DNA of 64,000 nt. Source: an uncultured Actinomycetota bacterium. GTDB lineage: Bacteria; Actinomycetota; Actinomycetes; JAHEKZ01. The notes under the pieces were generated by a model. The model saw nothing but the letters and a program-made list of their open reading frames with translations. It was not told the DNA's origin and did no database searches. Position 1 is the stretch's first letter; each line of letters opens with the position of its first letter. The stretch is taken from NCBI GenBank assembly GCA_963743915.1, contig CAVURN010000003.1, forward strand, positions 256,001 to 320,000. Direction: 5' to 3'. This document shows positions 1-10,712 of this stretch, piece after piece. The position numbers were made by a program, and so were the translations under genes.

Positions 1-115
1 CTACCAGCGCCTGACGACCATCGAGAAGGTGCTCGGCGTCGACCTCGACTCCGCTGAGGCGTGCACCAGCCTGCACGCAGCGGTGATGGCCTACGAAGCC
101 CTGCGCGCCCCCTGA
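1..115 (+). CDS. PucR/CdaR-family regulator, C-terminal fragment (5' truncated by window)
   Basis: Frame from base 2 reads YQRLTTIEKVLGVDLDSAEACTSLHAAVMAYEALRAP*, matching the YRL..IE..LG.DL tail of PucR C-terminal HTH domains. Confidence 0.65.
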   Translation, partial: YQRLTTIEKVLGVDLDSAEACTSLHAAVMAYEALRAP

Positions 116-136
116 ACAGGCGTGCCGCTGTCCCCG

Positions 137-195
137 CCCCGTGGGGGTGCCCTGTGACACCGCCTGCGATCTACGGGACTTTCACCGCACCCATG
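137..195 (+). repeat. Intergenic repeat family A, copy 1
   Basis: GGGTGCCCTGTGACACCGCCTGCGATCTACGGGACTTTCACCGCACCCATG; near-identical to the reverse complement of 1000-1060. Confidence 0.85.
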
Positions 196-238
196 CCGCC
201 GTCTGTGGCGGTGAAGCCCGATCGATACCGTGACGGGT

Positions 239-966
239 GTGTGCACCGTCGTCGTCGGGTTCCAGTGCATGGCCGACGCGCCACTGATCGTGGCGGCCAA
301 CCGCGACGAGCTGCGCGTGCGGCCCAGCGACCCCCCGATGCTGCTGAGCCGAGGAACCACCGCGATGGGGCGGACGGGATCGCGTCGCCGGTGGCACCTG
401 GCTGGCGGTCGACCCGGGGGGACGGGTCGGCGCCGTGACCAACCGCCACCCGGGCGGACGGCTGCCACCGCGTGACCCGGCCCGACGGTCGCGTGGTGGC
501 CTACCGCTCCAGGTGCTGACCGGTGACGACACCAGCGCGGCGACGTCGATGAGCGAGCTCGAGGCGTCGGCCTACAACCCGGTCAACGTCCTCTACCTGT
601 CGCCGACATCCGCGCTGTGGACGGGACTGGACGACGCGAGCGGACGCCGCACTCGCGCGCTCGACCCCGGCGTCCACGTGATCACCGAGCAGGACCCCGA
701 CGATCCGGCCGACCCGAAGGCCGTCCGGATCCTCCGGCAGGCCGAAGCGGCGCCTGCCGCCTCGACAGACGCCGCCGACCTGGTCGAGCGCTGGCGCGAG
801 GTGCTGCGCTCGCACGAGTCGCCGGGGGGCGGTTCTCCGGCGTGCATCCACGCCGAGCAGCACGGCACGGTGTCCAGCGCCACGGTCCTGGTCGACGCCG
901 CACGGCGTCCGGTACGAGCACGCCGACGGGCCGCCCTGCATCACGCCCTACGTACGGGTGCTCTGA
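239..966 (+). CDS. NRDE/TANGO2-family protein (Ntn-hydrolase-like), frameshifted
   Basis: MCTVVV...LIVAANRDE..RPS N-terminus, then VTNR, and CIH..HGTVSS near the C-terminus. Spread over about 3 frames. Confidence 0.8.
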
Positions 967-999
967 CCACGTCTGGCGGTCCGCCCCCGATTTCCCTCG

Positions 1000-1060
1000 C
1001 ATGGGTGCGGCCAAAGTCCCGTAGATCGGGATCGGTGTCACACCGCACCCCCCAAGGGGG
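1000..1060 (-). repeat. Intergenic repeat family A, copy 2 (inverted relative to copy 1)
   Basis: Reverse complement GGGTGCGGTGTGACACCGATCCCGATCTACGGGACTTTGGCCGCACCCATG. Confidence 0.85.
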
Positions 1061-1105
1061 TGGAACGGCGGGTGCAGATCGTGGAACGTGAGGCACCATG
1101 GAGGG

Positions 1106-1937
1106 ATGGGACGACTGGTCGACCGACGCCGGATGACGCGCCTGCGGGACGGGCGCGCCACCGAGGTCGTCGACAGCCTCGCCGTCGAGGAGCCCCTGAC
1201 GGTCCGGATCAACGGCGTCGACACCGCCACGACGATGCGCACCCCCGGCCACGACATCGAGCTGGCCCTCGGCTGGCTGGTCTCCGAGGGCATCGTGCGG
1301 GCGCCGGACACAGGTCGTCGGCGCCATGGCGTGCGACGAGAGCACCGTCGAGGTACGCCTCCGTGACGGCGTGGCGCCACCCGAGGTGCCGGCTCGGCGC
1401 CGGCAGCAGCGCCTGTGGCATCTGCGGTACCGACCGCATCGCCGACGTCGTCGCTCGCGGGCTCGGATCGGCCCGGACGCCGCGAGCGCGCTCGGCACAC
1501 CGGAGTCGTCACCCAGCTGCCCGGACCGACTGCGCCGTGCGCCAGTCGGCGTTCGACCGCACCGGAGGTCTGCACGCTGCCGCCCTCTTCACCCTCGACG
1601 GCGATCCCGTCTGCGTCCGCGAAGACGTCGGACGCCACAACGCGGTCGACAAGGTCGTCGGCTGGGCGCTTCAGCAGGACGCGCTGCCGGCGTCCGCCTG
1701 GCTGCTCCAGGTCAGCGGTCGAGCCTCGTTCGAGCTGACGCAGAAGGCGGTCATGGCCGGCGTGCCGCTGTTGGCGGCGGTGTCGGCGCCCGTCGACGTT
1801 GGCCGTCGACCTGGCGCAGTGATGCCGGGCTGACCCTGGTCGGCTTCTCGCGCGGCGACTCGTTCAACGTCTACGCGGGCGTGGAGCGCCTCACGCCGGC
1901 TGCAGCTGCTCCATCGCCCGTCGCGCAACCGGGCTGA
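1106..1937 (+). CDS. fdhD: Formate dehydrogenase accessory sulfurtransferase FdhD/FdsC, frameshifted
   Basis: [50 protein letters not shown] and AVSAP motifs across several frames. Confidence 0.9.
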
Positions 1938-4923
1938 GCTCGACCTGACCCGACGCCACGGCGTCCAGCAGGTCTCGCTGCATCGACGGCGTCCAGAAGA
2001 GCCGGATGTGGTTGGCCACGACGCGCGAGGCGTCCTCGTCGGCCATGAAGCTCTGGTTGGCGGCGATCTGGTCGGCCATCCGCACCAGGTCCGCCAGGCT
2101 GACCACAGCGCCGTCGATGTGGTGCACCGCCTCGGGGGGCTCGTCGGCGTTGGCCGGACGGATCTGCACCGCGGTCACCTTGTACTCGGGGCAGTTGGTG
2201 GCCCAGTCGGAGTACTCGGTGGTCACGACGTTCGCGCCGCTCTCGGGGTGGTGGAACGTCGTGTACACGACGCCCTGCGGCACCCGGTCGGTGATCACGA
2301 GTCGCCCGCATGTGCGTCTCGCCGACGCGGCTGCTCAGCGCGACCCAGTCGCCGTCTGGAGATGCCGCGCTCGGACGCGTCCGCCTCGTGCAGCTCGAGG
2401 ATGTCCTCGGGGTGCCATTCGACGTTGGCAGTACGCCTTGTCTGGGCGCCCACGTTGTACTGCGACAGGATCCGCCCGGTCGTCAGCAGCAGCGGGAACT
2501 TGCGGTTCGCCTTCTCGTCTGTGGGGACGTACGGCGTCGGGGCGAAGTGGCCGAGGCCGCGGACGAACCCGTCGACGTGCATGATCGGCGTGCCCTGGGG
2601 CGCCGCGTCGTTGCACGGCCACTGCACGCTGCCGACCTCGTCGAGGTGCGCGAACGAGACACCGGCGAAGGTCGGGGTCACGCGGGCGATCTCGTCCATG
2701 ATCTGCGACGCGTCGTCGTAGTGCATCGGGTAGCCCATGGCCGTCGCGATCTCGCAGGCGACCTGCCACTCGTCCTTGCCCGGCTTGGGATCCATCAGCG
2801 GCCGCACCCGGTTGATGCGCCGCTCGGCGTTGGTGAAGGTGCCGTCCTTCTCGAGGAAGGACGTGCCGGGGAAGAAGACGTGGGCGAACTTGGCCGTCTC
2901 GTTGAGGAAGAGGTCTTGCACGACGAGGGTGTCGAGCGACCGCAGCGCGGCGTGGACGTGGTTGATGTTCGGGTCGGACTGCGCGACGTCCTCGCCCTGC
3001 ACGAAGAGGCCGCGGAAGGTGCCCGCCAACGCGGCATCGAACATGTTGGGGATGCGCAGCCCCGGGTCGGCGCGCAGCTCGCGGTGCCCAAACCTCCTCG
3101 AAGAGCACGCGCACGGTGTCGTCGGACACGTGCCGGTAGCCGCTGAACTCGTGCGGGAACGATCCCATGTCGCACGAGCCCTGCACGTTGTTCTGACCGC
3201 GCAGCGGGTTGACTCCGACGCCCTCGCGGCCGATGTTCCCCGTGGCCATGGCGAGGTTGGCCATGCCCATGACCATCGTCGACCCCTGGCTGTGCTCGGT
3301 GACGCCGAGGCCGTAGTAGATGGCAGCGTTCGGCGCGGACGCGTAGAGGCGCGCGGCTGCGCGCAGCTCGGACGCCGGGACACCGGTCGTGGACTCCATC
3401 GCCTCGGGGCTGTTCTCGGGCTGCGCGATGAACGCCTCCCAGGCCGCGAACGAGTCGGCCTCGCAGCGGTCGGCGACGAACCCGCGGTCGACAAGACCTT
3501 CGGTGACGACCACGTGGGCGAGCGCGTTGACGACGGCGACGTTGGTGCCGGGCAGCAGCTGAAGGTGGTGCTGCGCCTCGATGTGCGGTGACCGCACGAG
3601 GTCGGTCTTGCGCGGGTCGACCACGATCAGCCCGGCGCCCTTGCGCAGGCGCTGCTTCATCCGTGAGCCGAACACCGGGTGGGCGTCGGTGGGGTTGGCC
3701 CCGATCACCATGATGACGTCGGCCTGCTCGACCGATTTGAAGTCCTGTGTGCCGGCGGACGTGCCGAACGTCGTCTTGAGTCCGTAGCCCGTGGGGGAGT
3801 GACACACCCGCGCACAGGTGTCGACGTTGTTGTTGCCGAATGCCGCGCGCACCATCTTCTGCACGACGAAGACCTCTTCGTTGGTGCAGCGCGACGACGT
3901 GATGCCGCCGATGGCGTCTGGTCCGTACTGCTGCTGAAGTGCCTTGAACCGCTCGACGGTGAACGAGATCGCCTCGTCCCACGAGACCGCGCGCCACGGG
4001 TCGTCGATGGACTCGCGCACCATTGGTTCCATGATGCGTTCGTCGTGGGTCGCGTAGCCCCACGCGAAACGACCCTTGACGCACGAGTGGCCCTCATTGG
4101 CGCCGCCGTCCTTCGACGGCGTCATGCGGACGAGCTCATCCCCGCGCAGCTCGGCGTCGAACGAGCAACCGACGCCGCAGTAGGCGCACGTGGTCTTGAC
4201 CGTTCGCGTCGGCATGCCGAGCTCGATGATGCTGTTCTCCTGCAGCGCCGTCGTCGGGCACGCCTGCACGCACGCACCGCACGAGACGCACTCGGACTCC
4301 ATGAAGCTGGTGCCGGACGCCGAGATGACCGAGTCGAAGCCGCGTCCCTCGACGGTCAGCGCGAGCGTCCCCTGAATCTCGTCGCACGCGCGCACGCAGC
4401 GCGAGCAGACGATGCACGCCTTCGGGTCGAAGGTGAAGTACGGGTTGGACGTGTCGGCGTCCAGGTGCTGGTGGTTCTCGCCGGTGCGTCCGTAGCGGAC
4501 GCCCTGCAACCCCACCGTGTCGGCCATCGCGTGCAGCTCGCAGGCGCCCTCGACGCAGCTGCCCTCGGGGTGGTCGGACAGGTAGAGCTCGACGACGCCC
4601 TGGCGCAGCTTGTCGACCGTTGGCGAGGTGGTGGCCACCTTCATGCCCGGTGCGACCGGCGTGGTGCAGGACGCCGGCGTGCCGGGGCGTCCTTCGATCT
4701 CGACCAGGCAGACTCGGCAGGAGCCGAACGACTTCAGGGTGTCGGTGGCGCAGAGCTTGGGGATGTCGACGCCGGCGATCGCGGCCGCGCGCATGATCGA
4801 GGTGCCCTCGGGGACGGCGACGGTCGCGCCGTCGATCTCGACCTCGACGGTCGGCTCGCCAGGGACTGCCGGCGTGCCGAGGTCGGCGTCCAGGCGTCCC
4901 GCCGGTTCGTGGAGCAGTGTCAT
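1891..4923 (-). CDS. fdsA: Mo-dependent formate dehydrogenase alpha subunit (FdsA/FdhF type) with C-terminal FdsD-like domain; about 2 frameshifts
   Basis: N-terminal 2Fe-2S (C..GSCRVC), 4Fe-4S motifs CIVCSRCVRAC and CVSCGACVQACP, CAYCGVGC, active-site CARVCHSPT (Cys), RGQNNVQG, PEYKVTAV, then LVRMADQIA..NHIRLFWTPSM. Confidence 0.93.
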
Positions 4924-6482
4924 CGGGAGACCTCCTGCGCCGTCAGACCGAAGTCTTCGGGGAACTTGGTGAGTGCGCTGCGCACCGGCAGCGGCGTGAG
5001 GCTGCCCATCGCGCAGAGCGATCCGCCGACCATGGTGTCGCAGAGGTCGAGCAGCAGGGTGAGGTTGCCGGAGCGGTCGTCGCCGGTGGTGATGCGGTCG
5101 ATGACCTCGACGCCGCGGGTGGAGCCCACGCGGCACGGAGTGCACTTGCCGCACGACTCCTCGGAGCAGAACTCCATCGCGAAGCGGGCCATGCGCGCCA
5201 TGTCAACGGTGTCGTCGTGCACCACGATTCCACCATGACCGACCATCGCGCCCGCCGCAGCGAACGTCTCGTACTCGAGCGGCAGGTCGAGCTGGTCCGC
5301 ACTCAGGTAGGCCCCGAGCGGCCCGCCGACCTGAACCGCCCGGAGTGGTCGGCCGGACGCGGTGCCGCCGCCGAAGTCCTCGATCAGCTCGCGGAGCGTG
5401 ACGCCGAACCCGAGCTCGACGACGCCGCCCTGCTTGATGTTGCCGGCGAGCTGGAAGACCTGCGTGCCGAGTGAGCGGTCGAGGCCGCGGGAGGCGTAGG
5501 CGTCCGCGCCCTCGGCCAGCACGAACGGCACGCTGCCCAGCGTGAGCACGTTGTTGACGACGGTCGGCTGGCCGAACAGACCTTCGAGCGCCGGCAGCGG
5601 AGGCTTGGCGCGGACCATGCCGCGCTTGCCCTCCAGGCTGTCGAGCATGGACGTCTCTTCGCCACAGATGTACGCACCGGCGCCCATGCGCACCTCGATG
5701 TCGAAGGCGCGGCCGCTGCCAAAGACGTCGACGCCGAGCCATCCGGCGTCCCGCGCGGTCTGGATCGCGGCGCGCAGGAGGTCGCCGGCGTCGGGGTACT
5801 CGGAGCGCAGGTAGATGTAGCCCTGCGTCGCGCCGACGGCGAGCGCGGCGATCGTCATGCCCTCGAGGAGAGTGAACGGATCGCCCTCCATCAGCATCCG
5901 GTCGGCGAAGGTGCCGGAGTCGCCCTCGTCGGCGTTGCAGCAGATGTACTTGGTGCCGCCCGCGGCGAGTGGGGCGTCCAGCACGGTCTGCCACTTGCGG
6001 CCGGCAGGGAAGCCGGCACCGCCGCGTCCGCGCAGCCCGGACGCCGTCACGGCGTCGACGACCTGCTGCGGCGTCATCGCGATGGCGTTGCGCAGACCGA
6101 CCAGCCCGCCGTGCGTCTCGTAGTCGGCGAGGTCGAGCGGGTCGATGACACCCATGCGGGCGTAGGTCAGGCGGTCCTGGCGGGCCAGCCACTCGAGCTG
6201 GTCAACCGGACCGTGGCGCAGCCGGTGATCACCCCCGCGGAGCAGCCCGGCGTCGAGCAGCTCGCTGACGTCGGACGCCCGCACCGGCCCGTAGCCGACG
6301 CGGGTGCCGTCGACGTCGACCTCGACGAACGGCTCGAGCCAGAGCATGCCGCGCGATCCGTTGCGGACCAGGCGGATGTCGTCACCGCGGCGCGCGGCCT
6401 CGGCGGTGAGCGCGACGGCCACCTCGTCGGCGCCGACGGCGCGGGCTGAGGAGTCGCGCGGGACGTAGACGGTGACGGTCAC
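4920..6482 (-). CDS. fdsB: Formate dehydrogenase beta subunit (NuoF-like, FMN/NADH-binding)
   Basis: SGLRGRGGAGFP, CNADEGDSGTF, GAGAYICGEETS, ESCGKCTPCR; overlaps the fdsA start by 4 nt. Confidence 0.93.
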   Translation of the reverse strand: MTVTVYVPRDSSARAVGADEVAVALTAEAARRGDDIRLVRNGSRGMLWLEPFVEVDVDGTRVGYGPVRASDVSELLDAGLLRGGDHRLRHGPVDQLEWLARQDRLTYARMGVIDPLDLADYETHGGLVGLRNAIAMTPQQVVDAVTASGLRGRGGAGFPAGRKWQTVLDAPLAAGGTKYICCNADEGDSGTFADRMLMEGDPFTLLEGMTIAALAVGATQGYIYLRSEYPDAGDLLRAAIQTARDAGWLGVDVFGSGRAFDIEVRMGAGAYICGEETSMLDSLEGKRGMVRAKPPLPALEGLFGQPTVVNNVLTLGSVPFVLAEGADAYASRGLDRSLGTQVFQLAGNIKQGGVVELGFGVTLRELIEDFGGGTASGRPLRAVQVGGPLGAYLSADQLDLPLEYETFAAAGAMVGHGGIVVHDDTVDMARMARFAMEFCSEESCGKCTPCRVGSTRGVEVIDRITTGDDRSGNLTLLLDLCDTMVGGSLCAMGSLTPLPVRSALTKFPEDFGLTAQEVSR

Positions 6483-7009
6483 GGGGTCTCCCCTGAGGCG
6501 GCGCGGACATCAGCGACCAGCGCGTCGAGCGTGGCGGCGTCCACGCGGCCGTGCAGCCGCCCGCCGACCGATGCCGTGGGGCCGAGCGCACAGTTGCCGA
6601 AGCAGAAGATCTGCTCGATGCCGATGCTGCCGTCCGGCGTCTGCTCGCCGACGCCGCAGCCGAGGGTCGCGGTCGCGTGCTGGACCAGCGCCTCGGCGCC
6701 CACCGCCTGGCAGGCCTCACCCCGGCAGATGGCCACGGTGACGTCGGCGGGCGGGGCGCTGCGGAAGTCGGCGTAGAACGACTGCACGCCGTGCACCTCG
6801 GCGATGCTCAGGTTGAGCACGTCGGCGACCACCGGGACGGTCGGCGACGGCAGGTGACCGAACGCGTGCTGGACGTCGTGCAGGATCTCGAGCAGGGGGC
6901 CTGGCTCGGCGCTGCGGGCCTCGGCGATGTCGCGGATGCGCGCGGCCACGGGATCGGCGGCGTCCGAGGACGCGCCGCCCGGCCTTTCACTGAGCGACCG
7001 TTCAGTCAT
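6479..7009 (-). CDS. fdsG: Formate dehydrogenase gamma subunit (NuoE-like 2Fe-2S)
   Basis: LLEILHDVQ, AEVHGVQSFY, ICRGEACQAVG, FCFGNCALGP. Confidence 0.9.
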   Translation of the reverse strand: MTERSLSERPGGASSDAADPVAARIRDIAEARSAEPGPLLEILHDVQHAFGHLPSPTVPVVADVLNLSIAEVHGVQSFYADFRSAPPADVTVAICRGEACQAVGAEALVQHATATLGCGVGEQTPDGSIGIEQIFCFGNCALGPTASVGGRLHGRVDAATLDALVADVRAASGETP

Positions 7010-7071
7010 TTCTCCGAGCGTACGCCTCTTGACGTCGAACAACCACGCTCCGAACGGGCGGAATCCACGAG

Positions 7072-7089
7072 GTGGAACGGTGGTTCCAC
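7072..7089. promoter_or_regulatory. Palindromic operator candidate upstream of fdsG
   Basis: Perfect GTGGAAC-N4-GTTCCAC inverted repeat in the intergenic region. Confidence 0.35.
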
Positions 7090-7124
7090 GCCTGACGTCC
7101 CGATTTCTTCGCTGGAGCAGACGA

Positions 7125-7880
7125 TCAGTCGAAGCGCGCCATCGTCCGGACGTTGAGCAGCACCATCCCGGTGGCGAACACCACCGCGACCGCGAAGCCG
7201 GGCCAGATCGTCGCCCAGTCGAGGTCGACCAGGATCAGCGAGCGCATGGACTCCATGACGTAGGTGACCGGGTTGAAGGTGGCGGCGACCTCCATCGGAC
7301 GCGTCAGCAGCTCGCGCGGCACGAAGTTGGGCGTCAGGAACAGGAGCGGGAAGAAGATCAGCCCCGCCGAGTTCGTGGCCGCCGCGTTCCGCGTCTTCAG
7401 CGCGACGAACTGCAGGAAGCCGCTGTAACCCACCGCCCAGAGCGAGGTCAGGGCCACGAGCAGGACGAACCCGATGACGCCGCTGGCCACGTCGATGCCG
7501 AAGGGCAGGGCGATGAGCACGATCACCAGGGTCATCAGCGTCGACTTCAGGGCCTCGGCGGACAGTCGTCCGAGTGCCAGCGAACCGCGGGAGATCGGTG
7601 CGGCCCGGAGCTTGTCGAAGTAACCGTTCTCGATCTCCTCGACCAGGTACAGCGCAGCCGTGCCGAAGGAGGCGGCGAGCAGCAGGGTGCTGGGCAGCTG
7701 GAAGGCGGCGTAGCTCTGTCCGCCCATCCAGTCCTGGCTGGCGGTGGGGAAGATCTTGGCCGCCTGTCCCACGTTGACCACGAGAAAGAAGAGCGGGATC
7801 AGCAGCGTGGGGACCAGGGCGTCCGGCGTCCGCTTGGCCTCGCGGACCGCGCGCTCACCGAGGACGAGGACGTGGCTCAT
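7125..7880 (-). CDS. ABC-2 type exporter permease (DrrB-like)
   Basis: About 6 hydrophobic segments, EIENGYFDKLRAAPI and FNPVTY motifs; coupled to the ATPase. Confidence 0.88.
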   Translation of the reverse strand: MSHVLVLGERAVREAKRTPDALVPTLLIPLFFLVVNVGQAAKIFPTASQDWMGGQSYAAFQLPSTLLLAASFGTAALYLVEEIENGYFDKLRAAPISRGSLALGRLSAEALKSTLMTLVIVLIALPFGIDVASGVIGFVLLVALTSLWAVGYSGFLQFVALKTRNAAATNSAGLIFFPLLFLTPNFVPRELLTRPMEVAATFNPVTYVMESMRSLILVDLDWATIWPGFAVAVVFATGMVLLNVRTMARFD

Positions 7881-8716
7881 GACGCGACCTCCTTGACCTC
7901 GCCGGCAAGGCGTTCTCGGACGCGGCCGGTGACGTCCAGGAAGACGTCGTCGAGGGTGGGCTCGGTGTCGAGGCCGCGACGCTGCTTGAGGTCGGCCTTC
8001 AGCGCCTCGGGGGTGCCCTCGGTGACGATGCGCCCGTCGTCGATGATCGCCAACCGGCCGCACAGGGCGTCAGCCTCTTCGAGGTACTGCGTGGTGAGGA
8101 AGACCGTGGTGCCCTGCTCGTTGATGCGCCGCACCTCGTCCCACACGACGAGCCGGCTGGCCGGGTCGAGGCCGGTGGTCGGCTCGTCGAGGAAGAGGAC
8201 GTCGGGGCGGTGGACGAGGGCGGACGCGAGGTCCAGACGCCGCCGCATGCCGCCGGAGTAGCCCTTGATGAGTCGGTCGGCGGCTTCGACGAGGTCGACC
8301 AGCTCGAGCAGCTCTTCGGCGCGACCGGCGGCCTCGGCGCGAGTCATGCCGAACAGGCGCGCCTGCAGCACCAGCAGCTCACGGCCGGTCTGACGGAGGT
8401 CGAGCCCGGCCTCCTGGAGGGCCACGCCGATGCGGCGGCGCACCTCGTCGGGGTCGGACGCGACGTCGACGCCGGCCACCGTGGCACTGCCGGCAGTGAT
8501 GCCGGTGAGCGTGGTGAGCATGCGGACAGTGGTGGACTTGCCGGCGCCGTTGGGACCGAGGAAGCCGAAGATCTCACGGGGGTGGACCGCGAGGTCGACG
8601 CCGCGGACCGCGTCGACGGTGCCGGCCCGGCCGGTGAAGGTCTTCACCAGGCCTTGGGCGGAGACGGCGAGGTCGGGGGTGGTGGTGGGGGCTGAATCCG
8701 TGGGGGGAGGAGTCAT
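7877..8716 (-). CDS. ABC exporter ATP-binding protein (DrrA-like)
   Basis: GPNGAGKST Walker A, YSGGMRRR signature, LFLDEPT Walker B; TAGGGT -10 box 6 nt before ATG (leaderless). Confidence 0.92.
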   Translation of the reverse strand: MTPPPTDSAPTTTPDLAVSAQGLVKTFTGRAGTVDAVRGVDLAVHPREIFGFLGPNGAGKSTTVRMLTTLTGITAGSATVAGVDVASDPDEVRRRIGVALQEAGLDLRQTGRELLVLQARLFGMTRAEAAGRAEELLELVDLVEAADRLIKGYSGGMRRRLDLASALVHRPDVLFLDEPTTGLDPASRLVVWDEVRRINEQGTTVFLTTQYLEEADALCGRLAIIDDGRIVTEGTPEALKADLKQRRGLDTEPTLDDVFLDVTGRVRERLAGEVKEVAS

Positions 8717-8754
8717 GCAGGGGACCCTAACTTGACCCCCCGACAACCCTCACC

Positions 8755-8829
8755 CCCGTTTTCTACGTCAGGGCGCCACGATGCCCCGTCCTGCGGCGTG
8801 ACCATGGCGGTCTGGCGTAGAGAACGGGG
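8755..8829. repeat. Repeat family B, full imperfect palindrome (possible terminator for the upstream operon)
   Basis: CCCCGTTTTCTACGTCAGGGCGCCA...TGGCGGTCTGGCGTAGAGAACGGGG; the right half recurs at 15375-15405. Confidence 0.7.
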
Positions 8830-9726
8830 TCAGGGGGTGGGGCGGCGGTACTCGGGGTCGACCGGTGGTGGGGTCAGCGTCCGGGGCGGCAGCGCGAGCG
8901 AGCGCACGTGCTCGGCGATCTCGCCCAGGGACGCGACCCAGACGTCGCCGTACTCCAGGCCCTGCACGATCACCTGCTCGAGCGCCGCGGTGCGCGAGGG
9001 GCGTCCGGTGATGAACGGGTGGTTGGTCAGGACGAAGCAGCCTGCCTCGTCGCGCAGCGCGGCCAGCTCGAGTCCCCACACCTCGCGCACCTTGGCGGGC
9101 GAGTCGATGTCGCCCTCGCTCACGCCGGGGATGAAGCAGTACTGCTCCCAGTCGTCGAGCGACCAGTGGATCGGGATCTCGACCAGAGATGCGCCTGCAT
9201 CCCCGACGGAGAGCTCATACGGCACGTCGGCGTCCATCAGGCTGCTGTCGTAGAGCAGCCCACGCTCGTGCAGCAGCTGCGGCGTGTACCAGGACGGCTC
9301 CCACATCGGCGCCCGGTACCCCACCGGTCGGACGCCGGCGACGCGCTCGATCGCCTCCATGCCGCGGTCGAACCAGCGCGCCTCGGTCTCAGGCGAGACA
9401 TCCTGCAGGCTCTCGTGCATGTAGCCGTGGTGCGCAATTTCGTGGCCGGCGGCGACGATGTCACGGATCACGCCGGGGTGGCGCTCGGCCGTGTAGCCAG
9501 GGACGAAGAACGTGCTGCGGACCGCGTGCTTGTCGAGCAGCCTGAGCAGCCGGGGGACGCCGACCAGCGGCCCGTACGACTGGTGGCTCATGACTCCCGG
9601 ACGGTTCTCCGACCCGGCTGAGGCGAACAGGACCGCTGACTCGGCGTCGACGTCGAAGGTGAACGCAGCAGCTGCTCGCTTGCCCCCGGGCCAGCTGACT
9701 GCGCCGGCGGGTGCCGGCCCGGTCAT
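8830..9726 (-). CDS. Polysaccharide deacetylase/CE4 family amidohydrolase (PuuE/HpPgdA-like)
   Basis: [47 protein letters not shown]; no signal peptide. Confidence 0.88.
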   Translation of the reverse strand: MTGPAPAGAVSWPGGKRAAAAFTFDVDAESAVLFASAGSENRPGVMSHQSYGPLVGVPRLLRLLDKHAVRSTFFVPGYTAERHPGVIRDIVAAGHEIAHHGYMHESLQDVSPETEARWFDRGMEAIERVAGVRPVGYRAPMWEPSWYTPQLLHERGLLYDSSLMDADVPYELSVGDAGASLVEIPIHWSLDDWEQYCFIPGVSEGDIDSPAKVREVWGLELAALRDEAGCFVLTNHPFITGRPSRTAALEQVIVQGLEYGDVWVASLGEIAEHVRSLALPPRTLTPPPVDPEYRRPTP

Positions 9727-10691
9727 GGCCGCGGCTGCCGGGCGAAGAGCGAGAGGAACTCGTAGGCGAGGTTCGCCGCCGCGATCGAGGTGATCTCGGC
9801 GTGGTCGTAAGGCGGGGCGACCTCGACGATGTCGGCGCCCACCACGTTCGCGCCGTCGAAACCGCGGACGATGCCCAGCAGCTCGCGGCTGGTGAGGCCG
9901 CCGGCTTCGGGGGTACCCGTACCGGGGGCGTGCGCAGGGTCGAGGACGTCGATGTCGATCGACACGTACACAGGCGCGTCGGCGACCCGCTCACGGATGC
10001 GCTCGACCACCGCGTCGACACCGAGACGGTCCATGTCACGACAGTGCACGATCGCGAAGCCGAACGACTCGTCGTCGGCGAGATCGTTGTCGGAGTAGAG
10101 CGATCCGCGGATGCCCACATGCATGGCGTGGTCCGCCAGGAGCAGGTTCTCCTCCCACGCGCGGCGGAAGGGCGTCCCGTGCGTGTAGGGAGCGCCGAAG
10201 TAGGTGTCCCACGTGTCGAGGTGCGCATCGAAGTGCACGAGCGCGACGGGTCCGTGCACCTCGTTCATCACCCGCAGTGCGGGGAGGGCGATCGTGTGGT
10301 CGCCTCCGATGGTGACGACGCGGCGTCCGGAGCCCACCAGCTCACGCAGACCCCCCTGCACCTGTTCGATGGCTTCCTCGAGGTGGAACGGGTTGACCGC
10401 GATGTCGCCGGCATCCACCACCTGGCGTCCTCGGAACGGCTGCACGTCGAGGGCGGGGTTGTAGGGCCGCAGCAGGCGCGAGCCCTGGCGCACGTACGAC
10501 GGCCCGAAACGCGCGCCCGGCCGGTAGGTGACCCCGCTGTCGAACGGGACGCCGACCACGGCGACCTCGAAGTCGGGCACGTCCTCGATGCGGGGCAGTC
10601 GCGCGAAGGTGGAGTGCCCAGCGAAACGCGGCACCTGGAGGGCGTCGACCGGCCCCACCACATTGTCGTGCACAATGCGCGGCTCGTTCAC
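9723..10691 (-). CDS. speB: Ureohydrolase (agmatinase/guanidinobutyrase clade)
   Basis: [31 protein letters not shown] and EVAP motifs; exact substrate unresolved. Confidence 0.85.
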   Translation of the reverse strand: MNEPRIVHDNVVGPVDALQVPRFAGHSTFARLPRIEDVPDFEVAVVGVPFDSGVTYRPGARFGPSYVRQGSRLLRPYNPALDVQPFRGRQVVDAGDIAVNPFHLEEAIEQVQGGLRELVGSGRRVVTIGGDHTIALPALRVMNEVHGPVALVHFDAHLDTWDTYFGAPYTHGTPFRRAWEENLLLADHAMHVGIRGSLYSDNDLADDESFGFAIVHCRDMDRLGVDAVVERIRERVADAPVYVSIDIDVLDPAHAPGTGTPEAGGLTSRELLGIVRGFDGANVVGADIVEVAPPYDHAEITSIAAANLAYEFLSLFARQPRP

Positions 10692-10712
10692 CCAAGGCCT
10701 CCAGTCCCGTGC

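Noticed and set aside
3790-3830. Possible selenocysteine in formate dehydrogenase
   Set aside because: The active-site codon is Cys (CARVCH) with no in-frame TGA.
8990-9001. 12-nt match to the tRNA-Leu 3' end as a possible att site
   Set aside because: Short, GC-rich, inside an intact CDS and with no integrase; likely chance.
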